A stretch of DNA of 24,461 bases, from positions 1 to 24,461 of IMG/VR virus record IMGVR_UViG_3300026511_000027; one strand, 5' to 3'. Position numbers and translations under genes: made by a program. Under the pieces are notes generated by a model. That model was not told the DNA's origin. It searched no databases and saw only the letters and a list, made by a program, of their open reading frames with translations. Source of the DNA: a virus. Lineage: Duplodnaviria; Caudoviricetes. This document shows, one piece after another, positions 16,404 through 24,461 of the stretch; the stretch's first letter is position 1, and every line of letters begins with the position of its first letter.

Positions 16404-17297
16404 ATGGAAAATCAATTTAATATAAAGGACGTCGTAAACATTACGGCCGATATTTTAGGCGCCACGCCTACGGACCTATTAGAAAAAATAGGGGAAAACG
16501 AAATACAAAACGCCGATCAATTAACTAGCTTTTTAAAGCCCTATGCCGTAAAAAGGTATAACGATTTAAGAGACGAAAGCCTAAACAAAGGGTTTAGACA
16601 AGCTAGTAAAAAAGTCGAACGGCTTTGGTCTGAAGTATTTAACGAAGATATAACCGGCAAAAAGTTAGAAGATTTATTCGTACAACACCGGGAAAAATAC
16701 ACCAAAGCCCCACCAACCACGGCGGACAAAACAAATATTACATTACAAAAGGCGTTACAAAGTAACGAGGTAAAAACGTACATAGACGGCCTAAAAGCCG
16801 CCGCAAGCGAAGCCGAAGCAATTAAAAACGAATTTAATAGTTTTAGAAATTTGCAAAGTATAAAGGCCGAAGCTATGAACGTACTAAGCCAAAACGGGGC
16901 AAATTTTAGCACAAACCCACAAATTAAAGCGCGCCAAATAGCCGCTTTAGAAAGTGAATTAAAAGCGCTAAAATTTACAAAAGAAAACGGGCAAATAGTC
17001 TTAATAGACGCCGACGGCGCGCCCTTATTTAATAAGGAAACCGCGCAAAATTGGGCTTTTAATGATTATATTAAAACACTTAGCCCGGTTGACTTTTTGC
17101 AGCCCCAAACAACAAAAGAAAATAAAAATACTTTTGTTCCAAGCGATAAAGGCCAAGGCGGAAACGCGCACGGGTTTACACCTAATCAATTAAAAACTTT
17201 AGGTTATGAAGATTTTAAAAGGGCGTTAAATTCGGGCGACACCGAAAAGGCAAATTTTATACAGGAACAAATGATAATTAACCACGAACAAAATTAA
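16404..17297 (+). CDS. Putative capsid scaffolding protein
   Basis: 297 aa, helical and charged, with a flexible Gly-containing segment and terminal helix; directly before the capsid candidate. Confidence 0.6.
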   Translation: MENQFNIKDVVNITADILGATPTDLLEKIGENEIQNADQLTSFLKPYAVKRYNDLRDESLNKGFRQASKKVERLWSEVFNEDITGKKLEDLFVQHREKYTKAPPTTADKTNITLQKALQSNEVKTYIDGLKAAASEAEAIKNEFNSFRNLQSIKAEAMNVLSQNGANFSTNPQIKARQIAALESELKALKFTKENGQIVLIDADGAPLFNKETAQNWAFNDYIKTLSPVDFLQPQTTKENKNTFVPSDKGQGGNAHGFTPNQLKTLGYEDFKRALNSGDTEKANFIQEQMIINHEQN

Positions 17298-17320
17298 TAT
17301 TAAATCAAAATTTTTAAAAA

Positions 17321-18448
17321 ATGGCAAATGATTTCACAGCGTCGGTTATTCCAATTTTACGCGCTAAATTAGACACAATATTCAAAAGCAAAGCGACGGT
17401 AAACCCGGAATTAACAAACGTACCCGTAGCAGCAACGGCCGTACTTGAAAAACAAACGGCTAACATTTTACCTTTATACGAAGGCGCCGGCGATCTTTGC
17501 ACGGGGGTTAAAGTAATTTATAACGTAGCGGATGATACAAGCGCCGCAACTGTTAGCGCGACGCCGATTGCGTCCGATTGTCAATTAACAACCGGCGATA
17601 CAATGAGTACGGCCGCCCAAGATTTCGACTTTAATGTTTTTATTAAAGAAAAAATACAATTAAATGATAAAGATTGTGACAATTTTAGCAAATTTGTAGA
17701 CCGTACCGCTTTTTTACTTGGTCACAAAATGTCGATGATGGTACAAGGCTTTAACGCTACTGTAATTAATAGCTTAGAAGCTAATAAAAGCGTAGCAAGC
17801 GCGGCAAATTTACCGGATGATGTTACAATAGTTGGCGCCAATTATACAATTTCCGGCGCTCAATTTTGGTCCGGCGAAGGCGCGGCCGATACTTTGGCAA
17901 TTTTCGACCAATTGGCCCGGGTTAAAGGTCTACCAAATAATTATTATATTATTTCGGGAAAATCTTTGCGCGTTCCTTACGATATAGCACGCGACCACGC
18001 CGCCAACGATAACGAAAGAAGTTACTCTTTAACGTTCCAACGCCGCGAAATTTTTTGGGATGAAGATGCCTTAGATGTTCTAGTAGGCGCCGAAGTTGTT
18101 TATTTAATTGACCCTAACGCTTTAGTAAGCTATTTTATGGCCGACTATTCAGCCGAAGGCGAAATGATAGGCGACACGAACAACACAACAAACTTCAAAT
18201 TACCGCTTACTTTTTTCGATCAATATCAAGACGCTAGCGGCAATATGAAGGCTTTACAATTTGCAAACGACGGCGTTTTACAACCGGTTGAAATTGACGT
18301 AAGATACCAAAAGAATTGCGACACGACGGCCACAAAATACGGCAAACCAAGTTTGACCCACGTTTGGGAGTTGGATATGGTGGGCTTATTCGATTTAGTG
18401 CCAAGCGTTGGCGACAATACCGGAATTATTCGCGTAGATAAAGCATAA
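17321..18448 (+). CDS. Putative major capsid protein
   Basis: 375 aa, acidic and A/D/T/V-rich, follows the scaffold gene, ends TGIIRVDKA like HK97-fold capsids. Call is positional and compositional. Confidence 0.7.
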   Translation: MANDFTASVIPILRAKLDTIFKSKATVNPELTNVPVAATAVLEKQTANILPLYEGAGDLCTGVKVIYNVADDTSAATVSATPIASDCQLTTGDTMSTAAQDFDFNVFIKEKIQLNDKDCDNFSKFVDRTAFLLGHKMSMMVQGFNATVINSLEANKSVASAANLPDDVTIVGANYTISGAQFWSGEGAADTLAIFDQLARVKGLPNNYYIISGKSLRVPYDIARDHAANDNERSYSLTFQRREIFWDEDALDVLVGAEVVYLIDPNALVSYFMADYSAEGEMIGDTNNTTNFKLPLTFFDQYQDASGNMKALQFANDGVLQPVEIDVRYQKNCDTTATKYGKPSLTHVWELDMVGLFDLVPSVGDNTGIIRVDKA

Positions 18449-18457
18449 AAAAAATAA

Positions 18458-19603
18458 ATGTCTTTAGATTGTTTAAATAATATTATTGGATTAAGCGCAA
18501 CGCCTTGTAATTGTTGGGACGCTCAAAAACCGGTTAATTTTAACGAATTAAACGAAAGTAAAAGCGGCCTTTATGTTATGCAGCCGGACACGGTACCGGT
18601 ACGTTGGACTAATAGCGCCGCCGATTGCGAAAACGGCGGCGTTTGGTCCCTAGCATTAGGCGCCCGGACGCAAGCAATCCGGGACTTTTTAAGCGACTAT
18701 TTGGCTGCTACTAAACAAGTAAAAGCGGAGCAATTTTTACCGTTCACGAATATTGGCGATAACTACTATAAAAAGGCCGAAACGGTAAAAGCAACCACGG
18801 CGGCCGTATGGTTGGAACCCTACGAAATAAGAGGCGCTAAATTAAGAATAGACGCGGTACAAATTGCATTTTGGGACGGTATAACAACGCCCCAAAATAT
18901 AGATATTAATATTTATTCAAACTTAGACTTTACCACGCCAAAAGCGACGGCGACCGCAAATGTAACGGCAAATAAACAATATTTTACGGCTACTTTTGCG
19001 GCGCCTTTTATTTTTGATTTGGGCGACATACGAAGCGATTTAAACGAACGGTTTTATATTACTTATACAATACCGCCCGGCGCGCGTCCCGTTAGCAACC
19101 AAATAGAACGCGGTTGCAAATGCAGCAACGCCGCAAAATATAGGAATAATCCATATTTACAAACTATGTGCTTAGGCGGCGCCCAAGCGGCCACGGTTGC
19201 GGAATTACAAACCGCCCCGGTTTACGGTTCGTCAAATATGAACGGCCTTTATTTAAACGCGTCTTTAGATTGTGATTATTATAGTTGGCTTTGTGACTTA
19301 GCACAAAAGCCGGACGCCGTAACGGTTGCAAGCGGTCAACGTTTAATGTTAGGGATGGCCTTAGCGGACGGCCTACAAGCAAAAGCGATTTTTAATTTAG
19401 TTGATAGTATTTTAATGTCGGGGCGAATAAATCATTATACTATGGTTTTGGATCCTAAGCAGCTATACCAAATTAAAAACCACTATTTAAAAATTTACCG
19501 GGCCGCTATTAATAACCTTGTTTATTATATGCCGGCGGATGTTTCCGACTGTTTAATATGTCAAAAAAATAAACGGCTAATTAAGGGCCAAATTTTAGTA
19601 TAA
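18458..19603 (+). CDS. Cys-rich virion protein (head-tail adaptor candidate with inserted beta domain)
   Basis: 381 aa, 11 Cys, helical termini and beta-rich centre; immediately after the capsid gene. Confidence 0.4.
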   Translation: MSLDCLNNIIGLSATPCNCWDAQKPVNFNELNESKSGLYVMQPDTVPVRWTNSAADCENGGVWSLALGARTQAIRDFLSDYLAATKQVKAEQFLPFTNIGDNYYKKAETVKATTAAVWLEPYEIRGAKLRIDAVQIAFWDGITTPQNIDINIYSNLDFTTPKATATANVTANKQYFTATFAAPFIFDLGDIRSDLNERFYITYTIPPGARPVSNQIERGCKCSNAAKYRNNPYLQTMCLGGAQAATVAELQTAPVYGSSNMNGLYLNASLDCDYYSWLCDLAQKPDAVTVASGQRLMLGMALADGLQAKAIFNLVDSILMSGRINHYTMVLDPKQLYQIKNHYLKIYRAAINNLVYYMPADVSDCLICQKNKRLIKGQILV

Positions 19604-19618
19604 AAAAAAACTTTTAAA

Positions 19619-20206
19619 ATGAGTGCAATAAATATTTTTAGCATTGATTGCAGTACGGTAACTTGTCCCGACGGCGCACTAGGCGCAATGGATATAATAA
19701 GCCAAAATTGCAACGACAATATAGTACAAAGTGAAATAAACAGTATTATACTTTGGCACCCAACACTAGGAACCGCCCCGTTAAATTGGGGGCCGTCTAT
19801 GGTTGTGGCTGATTTCGATATTGATAACACGGACGCAACCGACGCAAAACAAAAACAAATTTACGGTCAAGGCGATATGCCCACGCCCGAATTTCAAAGC
19901 GTAGTAACTAACAATTTTAATACCGTAGATATAGCGGCTACTTTTACGCTAAATTTTGATATTTTCGACGTTGGGGCGCAAAGCTATGATTATCTTAGAA
20001 AATTACAATGCGCAACGGTTAAACCGTATCTTATTTTTTCAACCGTTGGCGGCTATTTATACGGCAAAGACGGCGGAATAGTACCCACACAATTTAGATT
20101 AAGCCCCGTTTTAGAACGTGGCGAAGAAAGCGTAGAAAAATGGCAATGCGTTATTACTTGGAAAAGTAGAACGGCCCCGGACCGCGTATCAAATCCGCTA
20201 CCGTAG
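19619..20206 (+). CDS. Putative major tail tube protein
   Basis: 195 aa, acidic and beta-rich (TFTLNFDIFDV, FSTVGGYLYG, WQCVITW); followed by a strong hairpin. Confidence 0.55.
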   Translation: MSAINIFSIDCSTVTCPDGALGAMDIISQNCNDNIVQSEINSIILWHPTLGTAPLNWGPSMVVADFDIDNTDATDAKQKQIYGQGDMPTPEFQSVVTNNFNTVDIAATFTLNFDIFDVGAQSYDYLRKLQCATVKPYLIFSTVGGYLYGKDGGIVPTQFRLSPVLERGEESVEKWQCVITWKSRTAPDRVSNPLP

Positions 20207-20220
20207 CAAATAAAAACTAA

Positions 20221-20259
20221 TAAAAGGCCAAACCAAAATATTAAGCGTTTGGCCTTTTA
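20221..20259 (+). terminator. Hairpin, probable (possibly bidirectional) terminator or mRNA-stabilising stem
   Basis: TAAAAGGCCAAAC-N13-GTTTGGCCTTTTA perfect 13-bp inverted repeat. Confidence 0.7.
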
Positions 20260-20283
20260 AATAATAAAAGGAAAAATTTAAAA

Positions 20284-21825
20284 ATGCGCGCAAAAATAAC
20301 CGCATATAATAATAACGCCACCACGGGCGCCGGTTGTTCTGATTTCGGCCTTTCTTGTTATTGGGGTAACGACTATAAAAACGTTTTTTATATTTGTGGC
20401 GACTTAGGGCGTTCTACTTTTAAAGATATAATCGAAACAGAAACCGATATTACCGGCCAAACCGAACGCGTACAAAATACAAGTATTGAACGCTTTAATT
20501 TATCTGTATTAGCTATTAGCCCTTTATTACAATTTTTAAAAACTTTAGATAAACACGAAGTTAAACAAATAACGTTTTTAGATACGGGCGAAACCTACAA
20601 TATTAAAAATATTGATATTGAAGATCAAGGCCAAATACTAACGCCCACGAATTTAGTTTATATTAATTTTGAGGATGAACCAATAAGCCAAATAACGCCG
20701 AATTTTTACGAATTAGACGCCCAAAAAGGCGCGTATTGGGATAATAACGGCGACGGGACCCCCGACATAAACGGCGATTTTCAATATTTTACGACTTTTG
20801 ATAAATTTGCTAGTATTCAACTTTATTACGAAGCCGACGGCATAACGCCGGCAACTTCGGGCGCGGTTAATTTGTTTGTTTATGCTATTAGCAGCGATGA
20901 TAACGCTAATTTAATAGGCTTTTTTAGCGGCAATTTTGGCGATACCTTAAACGATGCTACAAAATGGCAAAGCACGCAAGCAATTTATAATTTTTTCGAC
21001 GGCGGCGCGGTAACTATTGGCAACGGTTTAACAATAGCCTTTTTTAAAAAGGCATTTGCCGAAGCTAACGGCTACCTAAGTGACGAAACCGAAACAAGGG
21101 CCGTAAAATTGCGTTTTGATCTAAGCATAGACGGCAGCGCGACCCAAAGTTCGACAATGAATTTAGTTTATACAATAGCCGGCGCTTTTCACCGGGCCGA
21201 AACGCAAAACACAACGACCGGTATTTATGGCCTTAGAACTCTCGGTAAAGCCACACCCCAAGAAAAAAACACGCTTAACACCTTACAAAGCATTGAACAA
21301 ATAGGCGCCACTTCTAGCCTAATAACGGCGTTTACTTTAGATAGTACAACACCGTTTAGTAATGTTTATACTATTGATGTTACCGACAACGTAGAAAAGG
21401 CGTATGCCGGCGCAATTACCACGGCCGGCGGTTATACCGGCGAAAACTTTAGGGCCACCGAAAACCGGTTAAATTTTAATTTTGGACCGTCTGAATTAGC
21501 GGCCGTAATTCATTCTAACAATGTACTAAACTTTACTACCGGTTCGACGCCCTATGAATTTAGTATATTTTGGACTTATGAACGCTTTGGCGGTTTGTAT
21601 TCTACATACGGCGATATTACCGCCGCCGGCGCGGCCGAAGCCCAACTAAACGGCGTAACGGTTGCAAATTTTCCATTAATAACGCCCGGTAGTGCCTCGG
21701 TATTTGGTACGCAAATTTTCACGCTTACAAATTTAGGCGTTAATACTGTTAAATTTACTTTACCAACTAATACCGGGTTTAATATTTTTACAGAATTTCA
21801 AGTACAACTTAAACCGCTTTTTTAA
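20284..21825 (+). CDS. Putative tail/virion protein
   Basis: 513 aa, T/G/N/F-rich beta composition. Confidence 0.5.
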   Translation: MRAKITAYNNNATTGAGCSDFGLSCYWGNDYKNVFYICGDLGRSTFKDIIETETDITGQTERVQNTSIERFNLSVLAISPLLQFLKTLDKHEVKQITFLDTGETYNIKNIDIEDQGQILTPTNLVYINFEDEPISQITPNFYELDAQKGAYWDNNGDGTPDINGDFQYFTTFDKFASIQLYYEADGITPATSGAVNLFVYAISSDDNANLIGFFSGNFGDTLNDATKWQSTQAIYNFFDGGAVTIGNGLTIAFFKKAFAEANGYLSDETETRAVKLRFDLSIDGSATQSSTMNLVYTIAGAFHRAETQNTTTGIYGLRTLGKATPQEKNTLNTLQSIEQIGATSSLITAFTLDSTTPFSNVYTIDVTDNVEKAYAGAITTAGGYTGENFRATENRLNFNFGPSELAAVIHSNNVLNFTTGSTPYEFSIFWTYERFGGLYSTYGDITAAGAAEAQLNGVTVANFPLITPGSASVFGTQIFTLTNLGVNTVKFTLPTNTGFNIFTEFQVQLKPLF

Positions 21826-22193
21826 TGTATATTCAAAAAGGAAACAAAACCGAAATTTTACCGCCTTTGGGCTTTGGCTTTTTAGATATTAGCGAAAACG
21901 GGGCCGAAATAGTACAACTTTTAAAAGTAGACTTTAAAAAAGATTGTAAATATTATTCTAATTTACAATTAAACGCCCTAAATACCGGCTTAATTAGTCA
22001 AACCATATATAACGGCATAAAAGAAAACGAAGGCGAAAAAACGGCAATTATACAAGTAGGCACGGCAACAATAGAAAAAAGCAAATTAACGGCAATAATA
22101 CCGGAAAATTTACAAATAAATTTAGATCTAAAAACCAAAGATATTATTCAAGGCGTTGTTAATGCCGGTTATCAAATAATAATAAAATTATAA
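21825..22193 (+). CDS. Hypothetical protein
   Basis: 122 aa, TAATG-coupled to the previous gene. Confidence 0.65.
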   Translation: MYIQKGNKTEILPPLGFGFLDISENGAEIVQLLKVDFKKDCKYYSNLQLNALNTGLISQTIYNGIKENEGEKTAIIQVGTATIEKSKLTAIIPENLQINLDLKTKDIIQGVVNAGYQIIIKL

Positions 22194-22203
22194 ACTTTAT
22201 ACA

Positions 22204-22833
22204 ATGGCAATTTTAATACAGAAACTTACAAACGTTGTTAATATTATAGATGACACACGCGCGGCCGGGGAACAAATTATAAATTCTTTAGGCGTTTATT
22301 GTGTCGCAAAGGTACAACATAAAACCCCGTTAGATGATACCTTGCATATATTAGACGCCGAAGGGAAACCGACGCAAATAATAACCAACGACGGAACTAT
22401 AAAAACGCAAGATTTCGGCGGCGCCCCGGTTTTATTTTCCGGTACATTAGACGATTTAGCAAACAAGCTAAACGATATATATTTTAACAACCAAGTAACA
22501 AGCGCCGGCGGCGGCGGCGGCGGCGGCGATGCAAGCGCGGCAAACCAACAATTACAGTTAACCGAATTACAAAAAATAACGGGCGCAAACGCCCCAAGCC
22601 AAGAACAAATAATAAACCCGGCGGCGGTTGTTGTTAGCGGTTGGAAAAAACTTAGTTTTGTTTGTTCCGGGGCTATTACGGTAACGATAGACGGTAATAG
22701 TATTATTTATCCGTTTAATTTAGGCGGCGGCGCCCGTACGTATGGCGTTGAATTCGAGGCCGACAATATAAGCACTAACGCCGTAACTTTCAACGGTACC
22801 GGTACCGTTTTATTAACTAAAAAACAAGCCTAA
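22204..22833 (+). CDS. Putative virion/fibre protein with poly-Gly hinge
   Basis: 209 aa; SAGGGGGGGDASAANQ linker between two domains. Confidence 0.5.
   Translation: MAILIQKLTNVVNIIDDTRAAGEQIINSLGVYCVAKVQHKTPLDDTLHILDAEGKPTQIITNDGTIKTQDFGGAPVLFSGTLDDLANKLNDIYFNNQVTSAGGGGGGGDASAANQQLQLTELQKITGANAPSQEQIINPAAVVVSGWKKLSFVCSGAITVTIDGNSIIYPFNLGGGARTYGVEFEADNISTNAVTFNGTGTVLLTKKQA
22507..22527 (+). repeat. (GGC)7 in-frame trinucleotide repeat
   Basis: Seven perfect GGC codons encoding Gly7. Confidence 0.9.
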
Positions 22834-22835
22834 CA

Positions 22836-23381
22836 ATGATTAGCATTACAATAAACAACGTAGAAACATACCCAAGTATAGCGGCGTTCCCGGTAACGGG
22901 GGAAGAAAATATAATATATATAGACGATAATACAAATATTGCTTATCGTTGGGACGGGGCCACCTATCAGAGTATAAGCGGCGGCGGCGGCGTTGTTGAA
23001 AGTTTTTATTTAGAAAGGGTTGAAACGATTGACGAAAACACGACCACACCAAAAGAATATTTTACTTTTGCGCAAAATGGTACGGAAATAAACAACGTAA
23101 TAAGCGCAAACGGGGGGGCCTATAATGTACAATTTAGCGTAATTTGTGCCAATACATCAACCGGGGGACGCGTAGTAATAAACCCGAAAATTAACGGTAT
23201 TAATTTATTTTCGCAACCATACGAACACGAACCCAAAGACACGGCAAATATTTTTTATATTAACATTAATAAACAAACGACATTAAGCCCGGGTAACAAT
23301 ACTATACAAATTGAACTAAGCAACGACGGCGGCGGAACGGGCCGTATATTTGAAGCAAACGCAATAATTACAAAAGCCTAA
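22836..23381 (+). CDS. Putative tail fibre/appendage protein
   Basis: N-terminal FPVTGEENIIYIDDNTNIAYRWDGATY module of the kind seen in phage fibre proteins, Gly4 linker, beta-sandwich-like C-terminus. Confidence 0.55.
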   Translation: MISITINNVETYPSIAAFPVTGEENIIYIDDNTNIAYRWDGATYQSISGGGGVVESFYLERVETIDENTTTPKEYFTFAQNGTEINNVISANGGAYNVQFSVICANTSTGGRVVINPKINGINLFSQPYEHEPKDTANIFYININKQTTLSPGNNTIQIELSNDGGGTGRIFEANAIITKA

Positions 23382-23384
23382 AAA

Positions 23385-23972
23385 ATGATTGAATTTACAG
23401 AATTTAAAATAAATAATTTAACGGCTTCAAATATTATAATTGGAAGTTTAGATAATTTTATTTTAGCCGGTAACGCTTTAAATATAGATGTTTTCGCCGA
23501 AATTAACGGCGGTTTTAAAATGTCGGATATTGTTAATAATACAGAATTGGAAACACTACTACAAAGTTTTAGTATTAGGTGCAGCGAACAAAACGGTTTA
23601 GTTATAAGAAGTTTAACGCCAATTTTTGGCCAAATTTTAACCGAAATTTACCCCCCGGCAATAACACAAACCGAAAACAATTTTACGCCGTTAGGTTGGG
23701 AAAATTCGCGCTATGTAAATTTGACAACCGGACCGACGGACCAATTTATTAGCGGCTTCGGGGCTACCTTTCACGGCGATATGAAAATAATAAGAAACGC
23801 AACCAACGACCGAAAAGTTAGCCTTTTATATAACGCAAGCGGCAGCCAACCACAAAACAGAATTTTAACCCCGGAAAACCAAACCTTTGCAATTAAAAAA
23901 AATAGTACGGTTAATATAATGTATGACATTTTAATACAGCGTTGGGTTTGTATGGCAATGGAAAAACCTTAA
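23385..23972 (+). CDS. Putative fibre/receptor-binding accessory protein, paralog 1
   Basis: 195 aa; aligns with the next ORF over its visible length. Confidence 0.55.
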   Translation: MIEFTEFKINNLTASNIIIGSLDNFILAGNALNIDVFAEINGGFKMSDIVNNTELETLLQSFSIRCSEQNGLVIRSLTPIFGQILTEIYPPAITQTENNFTPLGWENSRYVNLTTGPTDQFISGFGATFHGDMKIIRNATNDRKVSLLYNASGSQPQNRILTPENQTFAIKKNSTVNIMYDILIQRWVCMAMEKP

Positions 23973-23975
23973 AAA

Positions 23976-24461
23976 ATGACACAATTTAATATAACAAATT
24001 TAAGCGGCGCAAATATAATTTTTTTAACGTTGGACGGCCTACAAATTTCTGCCGGGGCAACTGTTAATATTTTTGATCCTATAAACGGCAAATTTACCAT
24101 TTCGGACGTTGTAGCGAATAGCGAAATACAAAACTATTTAGATAACGGAATTATACAAATAACCGATATTAACGGGGGTTTAGTTGTTAATTTACGTTTA
24201 TACTTTGGTATTATTCCGGTTAAAATTTCGCCGCCACAATTAAACGCAACCGTTAACGATTGGAACCCGGCCGGATTTGAAACGGCGTCGGTTATTAATA
24301 TAGATTTGTTAGGTATAAAAGAGATACGCGGAATGTTAGCCGGTAACGACGGCGACCGTAAATTATTAATAAATACCTCACAATATGAATTAAAAATAAA
24401 ATATAATAGCGCTACAAGCCAACCCGAAAACAGAATTTTGACCGTTGAACAGGCCGACTAT
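23976..24461 (+). CDS. Paralog 2 of the preceding protein (3'-truncated; not in ORF track)
   Basis: 162 open codons: MTQFNITNLSGANII...INGKFTISDVVANSE...ISPPQL...SQPENRILTVEQADY. Confidence 0.75.
   Translation, partial: MTQFNITNLSGANIIFLTLDGLQISAGATVNIFDPINGKFTISDVVANSEIQNYLDNGIIQITDINGGLVVNLRLYFGIIPVKISPPQLNATVNDWNPAGFETASVINIDLLGIKEIRGMLAGNDGDRKLLINTSQYELKIKYNSATSQPENRILTVEQADY

Larger units (their letters stand above)
1..24461 (+). mobile_element. Tailed phage/prophage segment (siphovirus-like, probable Bacteroidota host): lysis, packaging, head and tail genes
   Basis: Tightly packed + strand genes include TerL, MuF-like protein, tape measure protein with lambda gpH C-terminal motif, frameshifted chaperone and endolysin. 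No sheath-like gene recognised. No integrase, att site or host gene in the window, so free phage vs prophage cannot be decided. Confidence 0.95.

Noticed and set aside
16372-16404. Promoter-like TTG...TATATTTA before the scaffold gene
   Set aside because: The -7-like box overlaps the start codon, which would put the transcription start inside the gene; the match is imperfect and the DNA is AT-rich.
22507-22527. (GGC)7 as a phase-variation switch
   Set aside because: The unit is a codon, so slippage only changes Gly linker length; GGC is also the preferred Gly codon here.
337-23052. Minus-strand ORFs and nested alternate-frame ORFs in the track (e.g. 7955-8410, 12955-13575, 13606-14166, 16541-16912, 13209-13391)
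   Set aside because: They overlap well-supported + strand genes, show no recognisable motifs, and read as antisense shadows of biased codon usage.
23844-24443. Diversity-generating retroelement TR/VR pair suggested by the near-identical blocks in the two paralogs
   Set aside because: Identity spans only about 27 nt, both copies are coding, one of three differences is C/G rather than adenine-specific, and there is no reverse transcriptase in the window.
1-24461. Stop-codon reassignment as in some crAss-like phages
   Set aside because: Genes tile fully under the standard code; TAG (982, 2912, 20206), TGA and TAA all end genes right before the next start or a terminator.
1-24461. GATC avoidance
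   Set aside because: GATC occurs repeatedly (e.g. near 686, 1233, 2401, 2582), so it is not eliminated; mild depletion was not tested.
7422-24461. Contractile injection system, tailocin or myovirus tail
   Set aside because: Head and packaging genes are present, no sheath or baseplate wedge protein is recognisable, and the tape measure protein is lambda-type.

Overview
The whole window is one co-directional (+ strand) segment of a tailed dsDNA phage or prophage. The host is very probably a Bacteroidota (Flavobacteria-like): DUF3127 gene, TTTG-N19-TAnnTTTG promoter, and A-rich starts lacking Shine-Dalgarno sites. Order: 3' end of a GH73-like glucosaminidase, small membrane peptide, Amidase_3 endolysin, DUF3127 SSB-like protein, a structured terminator/promoter region, a ribbon-helix-helix regulator, TerS, TerL, two very basic proteins, a portal with a zinc-ribbon insert, a MuF/gp7-like head protein, tail/neck genes including a LamG fusion, a tail assembly chaperone with a -1 frameshift, a lambda-type tape measure protein, and only then the scaffold, major capsid, probable adaptor, probable tail tube and tail tip/fibre genes, ending in a tandem paralog pair. 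I see no clear new multi-gene system. The strongest oddities are: (1) apparent complete loss of CCAG/CTGG with CCGG excess; (2) a promoter-to-terminator unit of about 58 nt inside a duplicated terminator/promoter cassette; (3) shuffled head/tail gene order; (4) several unannotated micro-ORFs, including a protamine-like peptide coupled to the portal gene. Family calls come from motif recognition by eye; no searches were run.
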